A stretch of 63,879 nucleotides of DNA, filler included, from Rhabdomonas costata (Eukaryota): assembly GCA_019059605.1 (NCBI GenBank). It is 29 parts of 29 records of this genome, joined end to end, with 100 filler letters (N's around TTAATTAATTAA, not from the genome) between each part and the next. Parts side by side here need not be neighbours in the genome. Positions count along the whole stretch, not along the records: positions 11,075 to 13,205 come from JAHMHO010005517.1; positions 13,306 to 15,421 come from JAHMHO010005518.1; positions 15,522 to 17,625 come from JAHMHO010005519.1; positions 17,726 to 19,841 come from JAHMHO010005520.1; positions 19,942 to 22,055 come from JAHMHO010005521.1; positions 22,156 to 24,288 come from JAHMHO010005522.1; positions 24,389 to 26,503 come from JAHMHO010005523.1; 22 more parts are not named here. The stretch is one strand, 5' to 3'. The translations under genes were made by a program, and so were the position numbers. Numbering within the stretch: position 1 is the first letter of the stretch; every line of letters begins with the position of its first letter. The notes beneath the pieces are model-generated. The model was given only the letters and a program-made list of their open reading frames with translations, ran no database searches and was not told the DNA's origin. Shown piece after piece: positions 13,076 to 25,854 of this stretch.

Positions 13076-13333
13076 ATTCTAAAGGTGGGGGGTCTGGAGA
13101 AAAGATGCCCAGGGTAAGATGGACCCAGGGGTAGACCATGCCTAGGTCCCAGACCCCCCATACCCTACCTACCTGCGGTGCCGAGACAGAGATGGACCAC
13201 CCACCNNNNNNNNNNNNNNNNNNNNNNNNNNNNNNNNNNNNNNNNNNNNTTAATTAATTAANNNNNNNNNNNNNNNNNNNNNNNNNNNNNNNNNNNNNNN
13301 NNNNNGTGTTGGGGTCTCAAGCTTCAGCCTGAC

Positions 13334-14066
13334 GTCCTCCCCGTTGAAAGTCAGGCTGAAGCTTGAGACCCCAGAGAGCTCACTGATCGGGAAGAACACC
13401 TCCACATCCCGGAAAACATTGCGGAAGCGGTACTCGATCACCGTCTGTCCACATCCAAAAGCACCGTGGTGCAGGTAACATTGCTAAACATGGATTCCCC
13501 TCAAGAGCCCACCTTCACTAATCTAGTGAATTACTTGTGAAATGAATTCACATAAAAACTGTTATTGAATGATCCCAAGACTTCCGCGGGTTTGGAAGCG
13601 TCTCCGACTTTTTGGAAAAGAACGCAGTTAACCAGAGAGCAAAAATCAGGTCAAGGTTCAATGTTACTCCAAAAAAGCTTAATTCAATTCAGTGTCATTC
13701 AGTTCAAAATTCAAAGTAATGCTCTTGAGGACAAAAATCCTCAAAAGTTCAATTCAATGTCACGAAAGAGTTACCAAACCACAAAAAACTCAGAGTTGGA
13801 CACTTCAAGGTTCGATGCGACAAACCAGCTCCAATATCAAAGCACAAAGCAACTCAAAAGATTCCGGTGGAAGGTCCACGAGTGGGCTTGCACCTCAGCG
13901 CTTGGGCACTGATCCTTCTCCTGCACGACGGTGGCGCGAACGGAGAGCCGAACCAGAGGAAAGGGTTTGCTATCGTGAGTGCCATAGGGCCCAATCTTAA
14001 GCGGAGCAGCTTTCGGGGGCCTCTTGGGCAGGGACGTTGCATACTTCAAGTACACGGAGTCCATCT
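13334..14066 (-). CDS. Uncharacterised protein, internal exons (about 14066-13956 and 13444 onward; left end overwritten by a fold-back artefact)
   Basis: GC-rich segments DSVYLKYATSLPKRPPKAAPLKIGPYG and TVIEYRFRNVFRDVEVFFPISELSG, each preceded by AG. Confidence 0.5.
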
Positions 14067-14299
14067 TCAGAAAAAGCAGGGCAGCATGTCGAAAAGTCCG
14101 AATGACCGAAAATGGAAAAAGCAACCAAGACTGACGAAAGAAGGGAAACTGACAAAAGGAGGGAGGGAAGCGCTCTTCACCCGATCGTCATTGCGCCGAA
14201 CCCACCGAACTCAGCACCTTCTTTCAAAGCTTTCTAAAACAACTAACCAAGACAGGCTTGTGACCAACATATTCTGCGCATCCCACATGATATGAATCT

Positions 14300-15250
14300 T
14301 CGACGCATTGGCCGGTAAGATGCGTCTTTCGATGTGTAAAATGAGTCAGTAAATCCTGCCAAACACTCAGAATGTCCCCAGTGTTGAGTGACACAGAAGC
14401 AACAACACACGCAACGAAGAAAAAGCAACTCACCATTCAAAGGAAGCCGAAAAGGAGCAAATGGCGGTTTCTGCTTCCTTGTTTCGTTTTTATATCCCCT
14501 CCACCACCCTGGAAAAAGGAAAGAGACAACTACTGGTTTCACAATCCATACGCGACTTAGGAGAGAGTTGAGGAAGGCTCCTACGCTTGGTGTCAAAAGG
14601 CCAAAAAAAAAATCGGTAAAAAAAAGGGCAATTTTTGCATCGAAACACCTCAAAAACTCCAGTTACCGTGCAGCGAATCTGCAGACTCGAGCAGGTTGAA
14701 CTCCCAGGGTGGGGTCCCACAGAAGTTTAGCGGCAGGCAACACGCACCACGTACGTCGTACGTAGACCTGACTTGAAAATGAGGGAAGAAAGGAAGGAAA
14801 ACGAGCCCAGCCGGACCCCACGAAAAGTTCGTTGAAGCCCGGTGGGAAAGGTGGGAAAATGGTCAGAAGGTCCTGGCAAGCACAAGGTTAGCTAACCGAA
14901 TGCCCAAAGACCTTCCGCGAAAATGGAAAAGGGAAGGGAAGGAGGTCCAGAACAGTCCCGAACACACACAAAAGTGAGTACACAGAGCCCACTCAAAAGA
15001 TGGAAAAGTTGCAGGCTAGGAAGAAGGAAGTTATTTTCGTATCGTGCTGCCAGAGGAGGTGCAGTGAATGGAAGGCACAAGCTCCAGCAAGCAAAGAAAA
15101 GCATGAAAGCCCCTGCCTGCCACGAAGCGCTAACCCGTCCACACCAACTGTATGGTCGAGAATTCGAGATCCCAAACGACCAATCGAACCGTGCAAACCT
15201 TCCAATTCTTTTTGATGTTTTGATCACCCGGCGCAAAGGCGCAACTGCAA
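14300..15250 (+). mobile_element. Possible decayed Gypsy integrase C-terminal region
   Basis: PHQLYGREFEIP resembles the SPxxLLYGRxxxxP motif. The rest is degenerate. Confidence 0.25.
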
Positions 15251-16638
15251 AGGTGTGTGTGAAAGGGGGGGTGTCCGTGACCGACCGGAGAAAAAGTGCT
15301 CTCCAGCTGACCGTTTTCCACTGCCGCGCTTTTCAACTGCAAAACCCCTACACATGAGATGAGACTGAGACTGGTGCCTGGGGTGTGGCGAGGAAGGCAC
15401 AAAGGCGGGGAGCATGCATGTNNNNNNNNNNNNNNNNNNNNNNNNNNNNNNNNNNNNNNNNNNNNTTAATTAATTAANNNNNNNNNNNNNNNNNNNNNNN
15501 NNNNNNNNNNNNNNNNNNNNNGTGGGGTGGGCTAAAAACCTTGGCTGTTCAAGATACTTTGGAAAGCGTTGTGTGGGTGACAGCTTGTTTGGAAGTTTGG
15601 TGACAACGAACAAAGAAAAAGAAGAAGAGGCTTGCACTTATCAAAAAGACCACATCCACAGCACACTTCAAAGTGTACGCTCTGGATCCCCGAGAAAGTA
15701 CTCTACTAAGCTACAGGGTGTTTTGTTATTGGTTGCAATAATGCATTTTCGTTTCCTACGTGGTGTGTTTTGCGGGCAGCTACGCTGCATTATAGGTTAC
15801 AGGCAAGCTTTAACGTGTTGAAGGCATTTAAGCGGCGGAAAAATTGGTTTTTCAGGCTTATGCAAAGGGTGAGACATTTTCGGCTGCTTTTGCACGACAC
15901 CCAGCTGATTGTGCACGATGCCCAACGTATTTTGCTATTTTTGACGGTGCCCAGCATTGCATAAAGATCTCATTGTTTATGGCCCTTTATATAATACTGG
16001 GCATCGTCAAAAATTACGGGCTTGGGTATTATCTTGGGCATTGTGACCGATCGGTCATTAGTTGGAAGAAAACGCAACACTGTGAGGAATTAGAGCTGTT
16101 TGTTGAAGGAACATCAATTTAGTGGTTTTTGGTTTTCCCCTCGTTTCTGTGCTTGGGTCTTATTCCAGGCTATTTTAGGGTATTTTTTGGGCTATTTTGT
16201 CTCTGATAAACCCTAAAATGTCAATTTTAGCCACTTTCGGATCAACAAATGGCCCTTTGACCCATATTTGTCTGTTTTTTCCAACCCAATTCGCGTGCTT
16301 CGCAGTGCTAACACGACGCCCTAGGCTTCTGCCTCACCACCCTTTTGGAGGAGGTAAAATCGCGAGGTTTCGGAGCTGGGAATCCACATTGCAAAAAGGT
16401 CATTTTCAGACATTTTCAGACAACACTCTTCATAATGGAATTGAACAACCCCCCTCCTCCGCCCCATTTTTCAATATTGGTTGGCCAAACGGTCTTATCC
16501 AACCTTGATAAGTGGGGAGGGGTGCTAAAAACCATTTTTCAACCTGTTTTGTTCAAGATATTTTGGAAAATGTTGATGGGTAAAATAGCTTGAGCCGGTT
16601 GAGACGATAACAGTGTTCGCAAAAGCCAAACAGAACAA

Positions 16639-16639
<1 letters not shown>

Positions 16640-16674
<35 letters not shown>

Positions 16675-16692
16675 GCACGCACGCACGCACAC
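16640..16692. repeat. (CA)n-(CACG)n microsatellite (intronic)
   Basis: Direct observation. Confidence 0.95.
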
Positions 16693-16702
16693 TCTGACGC
16701 AC

Positions 16703-17625
16703 CGAGAGGCGAATGCCCGAGGCGTCGAACTGGAACCGAGGACGAGCGTGCCCACGATGCACCACCATTTCCTGAAGCGGCCCCAGCTTCAGGTCCAGCG
16801 CCTTCTGCTCCACCGGGTCAAAGGCCACGCGGCGCTGCCTCTCCAGTCCGGCCACTTGGGCCTTCAAGTTCTCAAAAGACTCCCACCAGGCATGGAACTT
16901 TTCTCGAAACTGAACCCTATAGTAGAGGCAGGCAATGGCAGAAAGCCGCCCTCCGCCCTTCCGAGGTTCCGAAAGTCCCGCACGCGCGCACCCCATTCTG
17001 GTTAAAAGTATAAACGAGGGCAGGCACAAGAAAACAGCTCGAAGAGTTTGGATCTCTGGCTTCATCTGGAACGACTTCGCCTTCGATAACGGGGCAAGTG
17101 GGTAAAACTGTCGGCAAAGAAGTTCAGAAACCGACGCAACTGTAAGTAGTCTATAGTAGTCAGTGCAAACAAATCTCCTCAATAGAAGATGCACTCATGT
17201 CTAACTCAAGCAGCCACTTGAGTCAACGCTGGAGCTCCCTCTTATGACAACCTTAGAAAACCCACACAGGACCTTCTCTCCCAGTAAAGGTTTCTGATCG
17301 CGATCTTCTTGCGGTAGGTGCTGACGTTCAGCTTCGACACATATGTGTCAATCATGCCTCGGCAGGAGTCTTTGCGCACCCTGAATCCCCCCAAAAAGCT
17401 CGAAAATGGACACAACCAAAAACCAAAAACCAACTAAATCCCACAACAAAAAAGAACCCAACAGGGCAAATCTTGGCTGCAGTGCACAAAGTGAAAAGCC
17501 TTCCATCGCGTATATGTGAAGGCAGGGCGCGCGCACACACGCACGCACTGGCAGTCTCGGTAGATCCGCAGCTTCACAGACTTTCGCTGGGCATCCTCCG
17601 ACCGGATCCACCGCTCCAAAACCAC
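16703..17625 (-). CDS. Uncharacterised protein (partial; exons 17625-17549, 17380-17273, 16916-16703)
   Basis: Phase-2 GT-AG joins give ...IYRDCQVRKDSCRGMIDTY...LYWERRVQFREKFHAWW...; GC-rich codons. Confidence 0.75.
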
Positions 17626-17777
17626 NNNNNNNNNNNNNNNNNNNNNNNNNNNNNNNNNNNNNNNNNNNNTTAATTAATTAANNNNNNNNNNNNNNNNNNN
17701 NNNNNNNNNNNNNNNNNNNNNNNNNTTTTTTTTGTATAAAGCGCTGCAATATCGCATAACGCCACCCTCAAATTACC

Positions 17778-17989
17778 CGTATGGCATGGTCCTTGGAAAC
17801 GTGTTTGCGGTTGTTGTGAAAATCTCTCCCTTTCTCGTGTGATGGAACAGGTCCTTCATGTACTCCATCACCGACCTTTGCACAGAGAAGGCTGGATTTG
17901 ATCTCATCACGTGGGGCTCCCAGTTTGGATCCGTCTCTGGGCCGTGCCTTAGCCGATACGGCTCCCGCTGGAGCATGCCACGCCCCCAC
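17778..17989 (-). CDS. Uncharacterised protein exon (further candidate exons near 18500-18630 and 19130-19190)
   Basis: AG/GT-bounded open segment WGRGMLQREPYRLRHGPETDPNWEPHVMRSNPAF... Confidence 0.45.
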
Positions 17990-19980
17990 CTATTCCGCGC
18001 ATAATTGGACGTCTGGGTCTTACCGTGCGTCGCATAGGCACACAAAGCACCCTGGGAAGTCTTTTCTGTTGCCTGCGTTCATGTTGTCCTAAGTCGCAGT
18101 TCCACTTCTGGACGCTCGTCTACACCGTGTGCGCCGTGCGATACGGAAATCTGGAATTTCTGAAAACCCTGTTGATGTTTTTATCGTTATTGTTATTGCC
18201 ATCGACCTCCATGGCATGCTCACATATCCGGAATCCTCCTGTGTGTGCGCATGTGGTTAAAGAAGGGTTAAAAAGATGTTGATATTTGATATTTGATCTT
18301 TGATATTTAACATAGAAATTGAGGTTTTATGGGCGCCCTTGTGATGGACAGCGGGTTGGTTCCCAATTCCTGGCGTTGTGAAGTGCCTCTCAACAACCCA
18401 AATTCACGCAGAGATAAAATGCATCGTAAATTGGTTGGAGGTCCCCAAAAATGCACTGATAAGGGGAGTGTTTGGACCCTGGCGCCCGAACGCCTAATCG
18501 GGTAAACGTTGAACCGGATGATGACACATAAATGGTAATGTATTGACGCGCCTGCTACAGGAAATCCATAGCGGAGGCGTACATCGGCGAGAAAGACAGG
18601 CTTTGCATGGGAGTCCAAGCAAAACCTGAGCCGCTACTGCTATCAAAGGGTTGCGAGAAGACGTGAAGGTCCAGGAGCGGCGTCTGCCGCACTCCGCGCG
18701 CGCGTTTGTGTGCGTCCTAAGTGGAGAAGTTGCCCTCTTAGAATTTGCTTTGTCAAAAGGTTTTGTGTGCAGAAGAACTATGGTAAAAGCGAATGGAAAT
18801 TTGTTTTGTACTATTCGCCGCATATTTTCCATCTCTGCTGTTTTTCTGGTGCCCGATGGCAAGAACTTGCTGCAATGCGTATCGAAGTAATATAGCTTTG
18901 CGTTTTGTATTAAATTGTGTGGAATGTTTGTCAGAGGTAATGAAAGGTGAGTACTGAAGCAAATCCACATGCTAAACGCGGTGTAATTAGATCCATCCGC
19001 GCAAAAAAAAAAGCTTGATGATAATGATATCATAGCAGTGCAGAGATAAATCAAACACAGAAGAGAAGTCTGATATGTCTGCACAAAAAACGCAAAGAAA
19101 TTTATTCATGGAGACATTCTCAGACTTACCTCGTCCCAATGGTAAAATATTCGGCCCGCCAGCGGGGCCATAAACACCATTATGCACGAATTAGCAAATA
19201 ACAGTACTGTGCTGGAATATCTGTGCACTGCAAAGAAGAAGAAGAAGAAGAAGAATTTGGGGTAAAAGTGCAAAGTAACCCAAGTAGCCATGGAGTTTTT
19301 GTGTTGTTGGGGGTGGTGTTGAAGGTGTTTTATCTTTTCTCAAGTTCAACCACACCGCCGTTGAGTCGCTTTGTCGTGCATTTTCTGGACACTGTGCCGT
19401 TTTCCTCATTTTGAACCAGAAGACAGCGAGCAGGAAGATGCTGACATAAGTGAAAAAGTGGTAAAAACTGTAAAACTTAGTTAAATCCGTTGCATTTATG
19501 TGAAGTCTTCTATTAACTTTTCAAAGAGAAGCCAACTGAACTCTCTCCTAGTCGCTGAAAGAAAAGCAGGCAGCCACAAACCGCGTCAGCAATGGCGACA
19601 CTATGGCAGCCACTCCATAATCCAGTCGCGGTCACTTCAGTTTCTTAAATCTGGAATTTTCGTAACTTTCAGAAATTTCATGAAATCTGGAATTTACCTT
19701 ACATTCACGAAAGTTTTGAATATAATAAGTCTTTCAACTTTTGTTTAAGTTTGCAAAGAGAATGCGTTTGCGTTCAATGGCAGTGGCTGATTCAAAGATA
19801 TCTCTGCATTGTGGGAGTTCTTTGAATCAGCCACAACCCACNNNNNNNNNNNNNNNNNNNNNNNNNNNNNNNNNNNNNNNNNNNNTTAATTAATTAANNN
19901 NNNNNNNNNNNNNNNNNNNNNNNNNNNNNNNNNNNNNNNNNGTGGTGGGTGTGTGTGGTGGTTGGGGTGGATTGTCGCAG

Positions 19981-21691
19981 GCTGTGCGGGGATCTGTGGC
20001 AGTGTGTGGTGTTCACACTGACGAATGGGCTGAGGAACGGTGGCGGGATCGGCGACGCCCTCAACAACCCGGAGTACGACAGCCCCAACTTCACCAAAAG
20101 AGTGGTCTACGACCTGCTGTTCTTTGCATGCATCAACGTTGCTCTGATTAACATGGTCTCTGGCTCACACCCACGCCGCCGCCCCCCCTTCCCCCTGCCC
20201 ATCCAATCCAAGAGAGGGGGGGGGTTACTGAACTATCGTCAGGTTTTGGGGGGTTAGCTGAGCTGTACTACTGAGTCCTCTTCTTGCGTTTGACTCGTTT
20301 TTGTCTCTTTTCGAATATTCGCCTTGTGTTCCTGAGGTGTTACTTTGGTGGTGGAAGGGTATTTGTGCAGAACCTCGCTTCGAACCTTTGAACCGAGCGT
20401 GCATCCGCCCACCGCCGACCTGGCTGTTTCCGTTTGCTTGCGCAGGTACCGAGTTTTCAACGTGGTCCTAATGTGCGGTTTTTAGGGTTTTGTGGCGGCA
20501 GTCACGGAGTACTGACCCCTAACTCTTTGCACTGTCAGAGCACACCATAATGCTGCCTTTGGAAAGCTTCATTGGTGATGGGGTGAATTGGGCAAACTAT
20601 CGTTGTCATGAGACTACCCGGTCTTGTCATTACAGAAGAAAAGCAATCAAAAACAAAAAAGGTGTTTGGGATTATCATTGACGCCTTCGCGGACCTGCGC
20701 GACCAGCGGCAGTCCCGGGAGGAGGACCAGCGCACGAAGTGCTTCATCTGTGGTCGCCCCGCGGACGAGTTCAACCGCAAGCATCACAACGGCTTTGAGC
20801 TGCACTGCATGAACGAGGTATGCCCCTGCCAACTACCCCCACCCCGCCCTGCATTTTAATAGTGCGTGGGATCGAGCTATTTCGCGCTTAATTTTGGTGG
20901 GATCTCGCGGCAAGGCAACTTCCCTCACTGCCTCGCTGACACCTTGCTGGCCTTGCCAAGAACTTTTGTCGATTGCAGTTCTTGTGCGATCATCCAGAGT
21001 TTCGAATGATCCATAGGGTATGGTAACTTGCCCTGTCACAGTGGCCCAGGTCACAGAAATGCTTAGCTTGCTGTGTTAACCGCAGCTTATGTTGGAAGTA
21101 CATTTGCTTTTGTGATGCACATATGTGTGAAAGCCTGATGCAGCTACCGGGCCTGGCTACTACCGTGACACCTGAAGGATATATGGCCCGCGCCAGTAAG
21201 GTTGGGGTAAGGCACACAACAAATAGGCCGAAAGGAGGAAAGAAAACACCTCCACGTCAAAACCTGTTTTTTCACCGGCCCATTTTAGCTTTGAAGTCCG
21301 AAAATGCCTGATTTAGATTGCACTACTTTCCAGCTGTGAATTTTTATGCTGACGCGGACAATATAGTTATACCGTACACTTCGGTGGAAAAGACTGCGCA
21401 CTCCCCAGTTCACAGTTCCCGCATGTTCACAGTTCCCGTATGCATGGGAAAATGTTTCCTGACGATGGTTTGCGGAATATGGTGGCTCGTTATTCAGTGG
21501 GCGTCGGAAAGTCGGGCGGATCCCCACACCCTGCAGATCACTGGCCCGTGTGCATCCCAGTTCTCACTATCTCGGTTCACGGGATTGCTCTGGTTTTGCG
21601 CGCTGCCATTCCCACTCAGCACAACATGTGGGACTTCCTGCACTTTGTCCACTACGTGAACCACAAGGATGAGGACGAGTACACAGGGCAG
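19981..21691 (+). CDS. ITPR: Inositol 1,4,5-trisphosphate receptor, pore and C-terminal region (exons 19981-20155, 20662-20817, 21620-21691)
   Basis: GLRNGGGIGD selectivity filter, RVVYDLLFF, FGIIIDAFADLR, KCFICG and EHNMW...DEDEYTGQ. GT-AG introns are in phase. Confidence 0.95.
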
Positions 21692-22472
21692 GTGCGCTGC
21701 CTCCCTTTTGTTTGCTGGTGGAGGGTGGGGATGCCGCCCTGTTGCCCGCATCCAATCTATTTTTTTTGGAGGGGGGTGTTAAAAGGTTTAACTTGACAGG
21801 ACCCGCATATGTGACATTTTTGAAAAATTCATTGTCAACAAAACACCTCTCTCTTCCAGCTATTTCAGCCTTGCTCCAGCCGCAGCGGCGGCTGGCCTCC
21901 AGCTCGTAAAGAGGAAAAATGTTCCAAAGAGGCAAAGAAACTTAGTTCATCAGATTTCAGAACTGCCACCAGAGAGGCACAGCAATGACATTTGCCTAAT
22001 TTTTGTACGTGCCTGGCCGTTATATCATCCCCTCGCCATTGCTGCCACCCCCAACNNNNNNNNNNNNNNNNNNNNNNNNNNNNNNNNNNNNNNNNNNNNT
22101 TAATTAATTAANNNNNNNNNNNNNNNNNNNNNNNNNNNNNNNNNNNNNNNNNNNNTTTTTGTGGGGTGGGGGGGAGGCAACTGCGGTAAACAAGAGAACC
22201 CAAATGGTGTTCCGTCATAAGCATCATGAGCCAAGGGGACAGAAGAGAAGGGACAGTCGAGCGGTTTGAATGAATTGGTCTCTCCCCGAACCTCACCTCT
22301 CACACCCAACCATCTCCTCGCAGAACGCGAAGACAGAATCGTGAAAGCACTGTCCAAAACATGGCTGGTGCTTTTCCCGCGTAGCGTACGGTTGCCAGAA
22401 CCCCGGAAAAAACCATCTGCGACCGCCGTAAGGCAAGTGGGATGGGGAAGGGGAGGGGAGGTGTCTCCTCAC

Positions 22473-22571
22473 CGAAGAAGATCAGGTGCCGGCCCACCGC
22501 GCACACGCTGAGGTGTCCGCGGGGCGAGGGAGGCACCCCATTGGTGACCACCTCGGACCACACCATCGACT
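22473..22571 (-). CDS. Kelch-repeat internal exon, opposite strand to the neighbouring Kelch-BTB exons
   Basis: ESMVWSEVVTNGVPPSPRGHLSVCAVGRHLIFFG, bounded by cag and gtgag. Confidence 0.8.
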
Positions 22572-23067
22572 CTGTGGGAACCCCCAAAACGTAGCAATGC
22601 GGGGCAGTGCAGGGTTTAGGGTGGGGTTCAGCAGGTCATATAACCACAGAGCGCTCGACATGCATCGAAGACATCCGCCCATAACATCGCAGCAAAGCCA
22701 TGCCCAACACAACAATCTGTCACGGCATCGGAAGAACATGCTGCTGGTTCATGGAAGATGAACGAGAACGAGAACCAGAACGAGAATCAGAACGATCCAC
22801 CATCTACCCGGTTGGTATAGCAATTGGGAAAGAAGGATTGTGAAACAAGTATAGTTGCAGGAGTCGCACTCTCCCAGCGCGCTCTCCAACACAAACAGCA
22901 CGAAGCGGAGAGAGGCAGTTGGTTTTGCCTGAGTAAGTTAACCAACAAGTCAGCCGGTGCTTGCTGATCCCTAAACCAGCAGTGCCGTAACTGCTGTGAG
23001 AAGTTTTGTGGTTGGGGTTGTCGTAGGTGTTGTGTGGTGGTGTGTGTGTATGTTTGCTTTGCTGCAG

Positions 23068-23284
23068 CGGTGCGTGGGGGGTGGAGCCATCCCGTCGTCG
23101 AAGGCACCGCGCCGTGCCCCAGGAACACCCACACCACCACCCTGCTGGGCACGCGGATGCTCGTGTTTGGTACCCCTTTTTGGTTTGCCTTGGCATTCGT
23201 GTGGCACCCCTTCTGTCTTCTTCTGTACTAGGCCTTTCTTTCTCACGCCCCTGTGTGTGCATCTCACTTTCCTGCGATCACTCT

Positions 23285-23321
<37 letters not shown>

Positions 23322-24256
23322 ATTGTGAAGGCATTGACAAGGCTGAGGACACTGGGGCGGGGCGGGGTGATGATACTCTAACATCCAAGGTCGCCAGCCG
23401 CAGCTCCCATGCCCAAGTTTGGCTCCCGATCCCTTCCGTTCGCGTGTATCTGCACCTGATGAGCATTGGGTCATATCATTTGTCTTTGGTTTTTGCGTTC
23501 CCCCTCATCTAACGCACAAGCCCCCGGTGGTCACCGCTCCTCCGCGCTGGCTCTCCGATCTTCGAATTCGCACTCTCCCTGCAGGTGGCTGGGACCGCAA
23601 GACCTGCTTCAATGATGTCCACTCCCTCGGCGTGGGTACGATCCTGCTTCAACCCCCAGCTCACCCACCCCCCCCACTCTTGCTGAAGCAGACGTCTCGG
23701 TGTTTGGGTGGGGAGGGCGATGGATGGGACTTCGGATCTGGCTTTTTTTTTCTTGTGAGATCGATTGAGCTTTGGAATCCAGAACGCACGAAGAAGGTGA
23801 TAGTGGGGTAAACCGTGGATGTAACGGAGGTGCTTCCTCCTGCATGAGCCGAAATGAGCCGCAGTGTGGGGGCACACCACGAGTTGTGGGTGAGTGGGCC
23901 GACGGTGGACTATGGTGGGTGTCATGCTTGTAGCTGTGGTGTTCCCTCTCTAATTTTCACTCAAACGGGTGTGCTGTTGGAAACAATGTCAGCAAACGGG
24001 CTCCTTCTCCCTCTCTCTCTCTCTCTGCGTGTGTGGCAAGTGGGAAGAAAGAACGCCTGGATGGATTGCATCGTGGACGGAATTTTATGATTGATGGATG
24101 GATACATGGGTGGGTGCGCGGGCTCAGATGAGCTGCTGGGGTTTCTGAACGTCCGGAGGTACCTCCACCGGCAGGCTACCCTGCTGAACCAGCGGCAGTT
24201 CAGCGATGTCGCGTTCCAGCTGCCGGGGGATCCTCAGCTCATCTTCGCCCACCGCT
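23068..24256 (+). CDS. Kelch-repeat + BTB/POZ protein (LZTR1-like architecture; exons 23068-23169, 23585-23635, 24128-about 24256)
   Basis: WSHPVVEGTAPCPRNTHTTTLLGTRMLVFG|GWDRKTCFNDVH, then FSDVAFQL...IFAHR. Phase-1 GT-AG introns. Confidence 0.85.
23290..23320. repeat. (TG)n microsatellite
   Basis: Direct observation. Confidence 0.95.
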
Positions 24257-24399
24257 GTGTGCCTTCGCACCTGCGCGCGCCCTGTGTGNNNNNNNNNNNN
24301 NNNNNNNNNNNNNNNNNNNNNNNNNNNNNNNNTTAATTAATTAANNNNNNNNNNNNNNNNNNNNNNNNNNNNNNNNNNNNNNNNNNNNGTGGTTTTGTG

Positions 24400-25854
24400 A
24401 TGTGGCGTTTGGCTTCTGCTGCTGCCGCGCGGAGGGCAGGATGGAGCCCTGTGTTTGTCCGCGCCATGGCGTCGCTGTCATTTCCACGAGAGAAGCTTTT
24501 GTATGGACAAATGTTCAATGCCAAGGGTCGTGATGGGGTTAGTCTGGTGATGCGGTGCATTCGCGACCCTGGGTTCTCAGGAATGTTTTCGTAGTCCTCG
24601 AGCGTTTCCCAACTATGTTGGGGTCTGTATTCATTTTGTTAATTGTGTCTCTTTCACCTTGAAACCTTCATTCTCGCGATTGTGTCATTTCGCAGCATGT
24701 CAAATCAAATATTCAGCCCGCTCCTGCTTAAAGCAAAAGTTCTTTTTCCTTGCTTTTTCGTTTGTAGCAAAGGAACAAAAGGGTAGATAGCCGCAGCGGT
24801 TCTCCTGGTTTTTAGTTTTGAACGTATGTTTTGTTGTTGTTTTTGGTAGGACTGCCCGCAAGTTCCCGCAAAACCAAAATTTACAGCACAATTGAATTCC
24901 GTCGTAGCGCCCAGATCCCGTACTATTATGCGGGCTTTTCTGTCTTGGCGAGGCTGTTGGAAATGTATGTGGGCCCTGAATATTCTCTTTACCGTTTTCT
25001 TTGGCCACCCGCAGGCAATTCCAATTCATTCGGTTGTTTGTATCCTTTATCAAAAATTCTGTACATGTCCCTAGTACTGTTTTTGTTGTCGATCTTGTTT
25101 TCTTCCTCAATAATCGCTTTTGCACGTGTAATACTGGAGGTCACCAGTGTAATTCATCCCGTTACCCGGCACCGAAACTCTTACTGCCCTGTACTTCATT
25201 ATAATAGTTTGGAGTCCTTCTTTAAATACCCAACGCTTTGTATCATCTTATTTCGGGGTTGCAGCGAGAAGGCAAGCAGGATTGCCAACTCACGAAAATG
25301 AAAACAAAAGCAAAGTACAACTTCAACAGGTCGACAACGTGCGATGCAGATATAAGGTTCGGTTTCTGTTGTGCAAGCAACCGTACAAGGAAAGGTGGGG
25401 AACACGAATACTGCGGTAGTCGCGCATCACGCGGGAGAGACTGCCGGCATGCACAAGAATTAGTGGGTAATCCAATGAAACAATGCAACACTTCTTCCAA
25501 CCGGTGCCCATTGGTGTTGGACAGTGTTGCATCTTTGCCGGCACGCGGCACATCTCTTCCAAAGGAGTGATGACCATTGTGGTGGTGGCAGCGGCACCTC
25601 AAAAAGCGGCAACCCTTTTCTTCCCGGTCGCTGCTGTCGGGGAGCTACTTCACCTGCTGTCCTCGCGGACTAAGGGCAGTGTTCAGCTTCTCCGGGCTAA
25701 CCGTGCGCTACCGCCAGCGACCATCACTCTGGAGAGCCCTCTTTCCAATGCGGAGGCTGCACAGCTCATTGTGAGAGAAGGGGAGGCCCACGTCCTGGGC
25801 AGCTTTGGCCTGCCCGAGCAGAGCGTGGAGGAGCTCACCTGCATTTTAGAGGAG
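24400..25854 (+). CDS. Uncharacterised, possibly mitochondrion-targeted protein (first exon from about 24400; candidate exon about 25590-25854)
   Basis: MWRLASAAAARRAG resembles an Arg/Ala-rich presequence. The second GC-rich segment ends EE|gtaac. The junction is unresolved. Confidence 0.4.

Noticed and set aside
13311-13372. 23-bp perfect inverted repeat
   Set aside because: It sits at a contig start and mirrors coding sequence, consistent with a WGA fold-back.
17034-17140. Extra exon in the 16703-17625 gene
   Set aside because: The flanking exons join directly in phase 2, and the required frame hits TGA.
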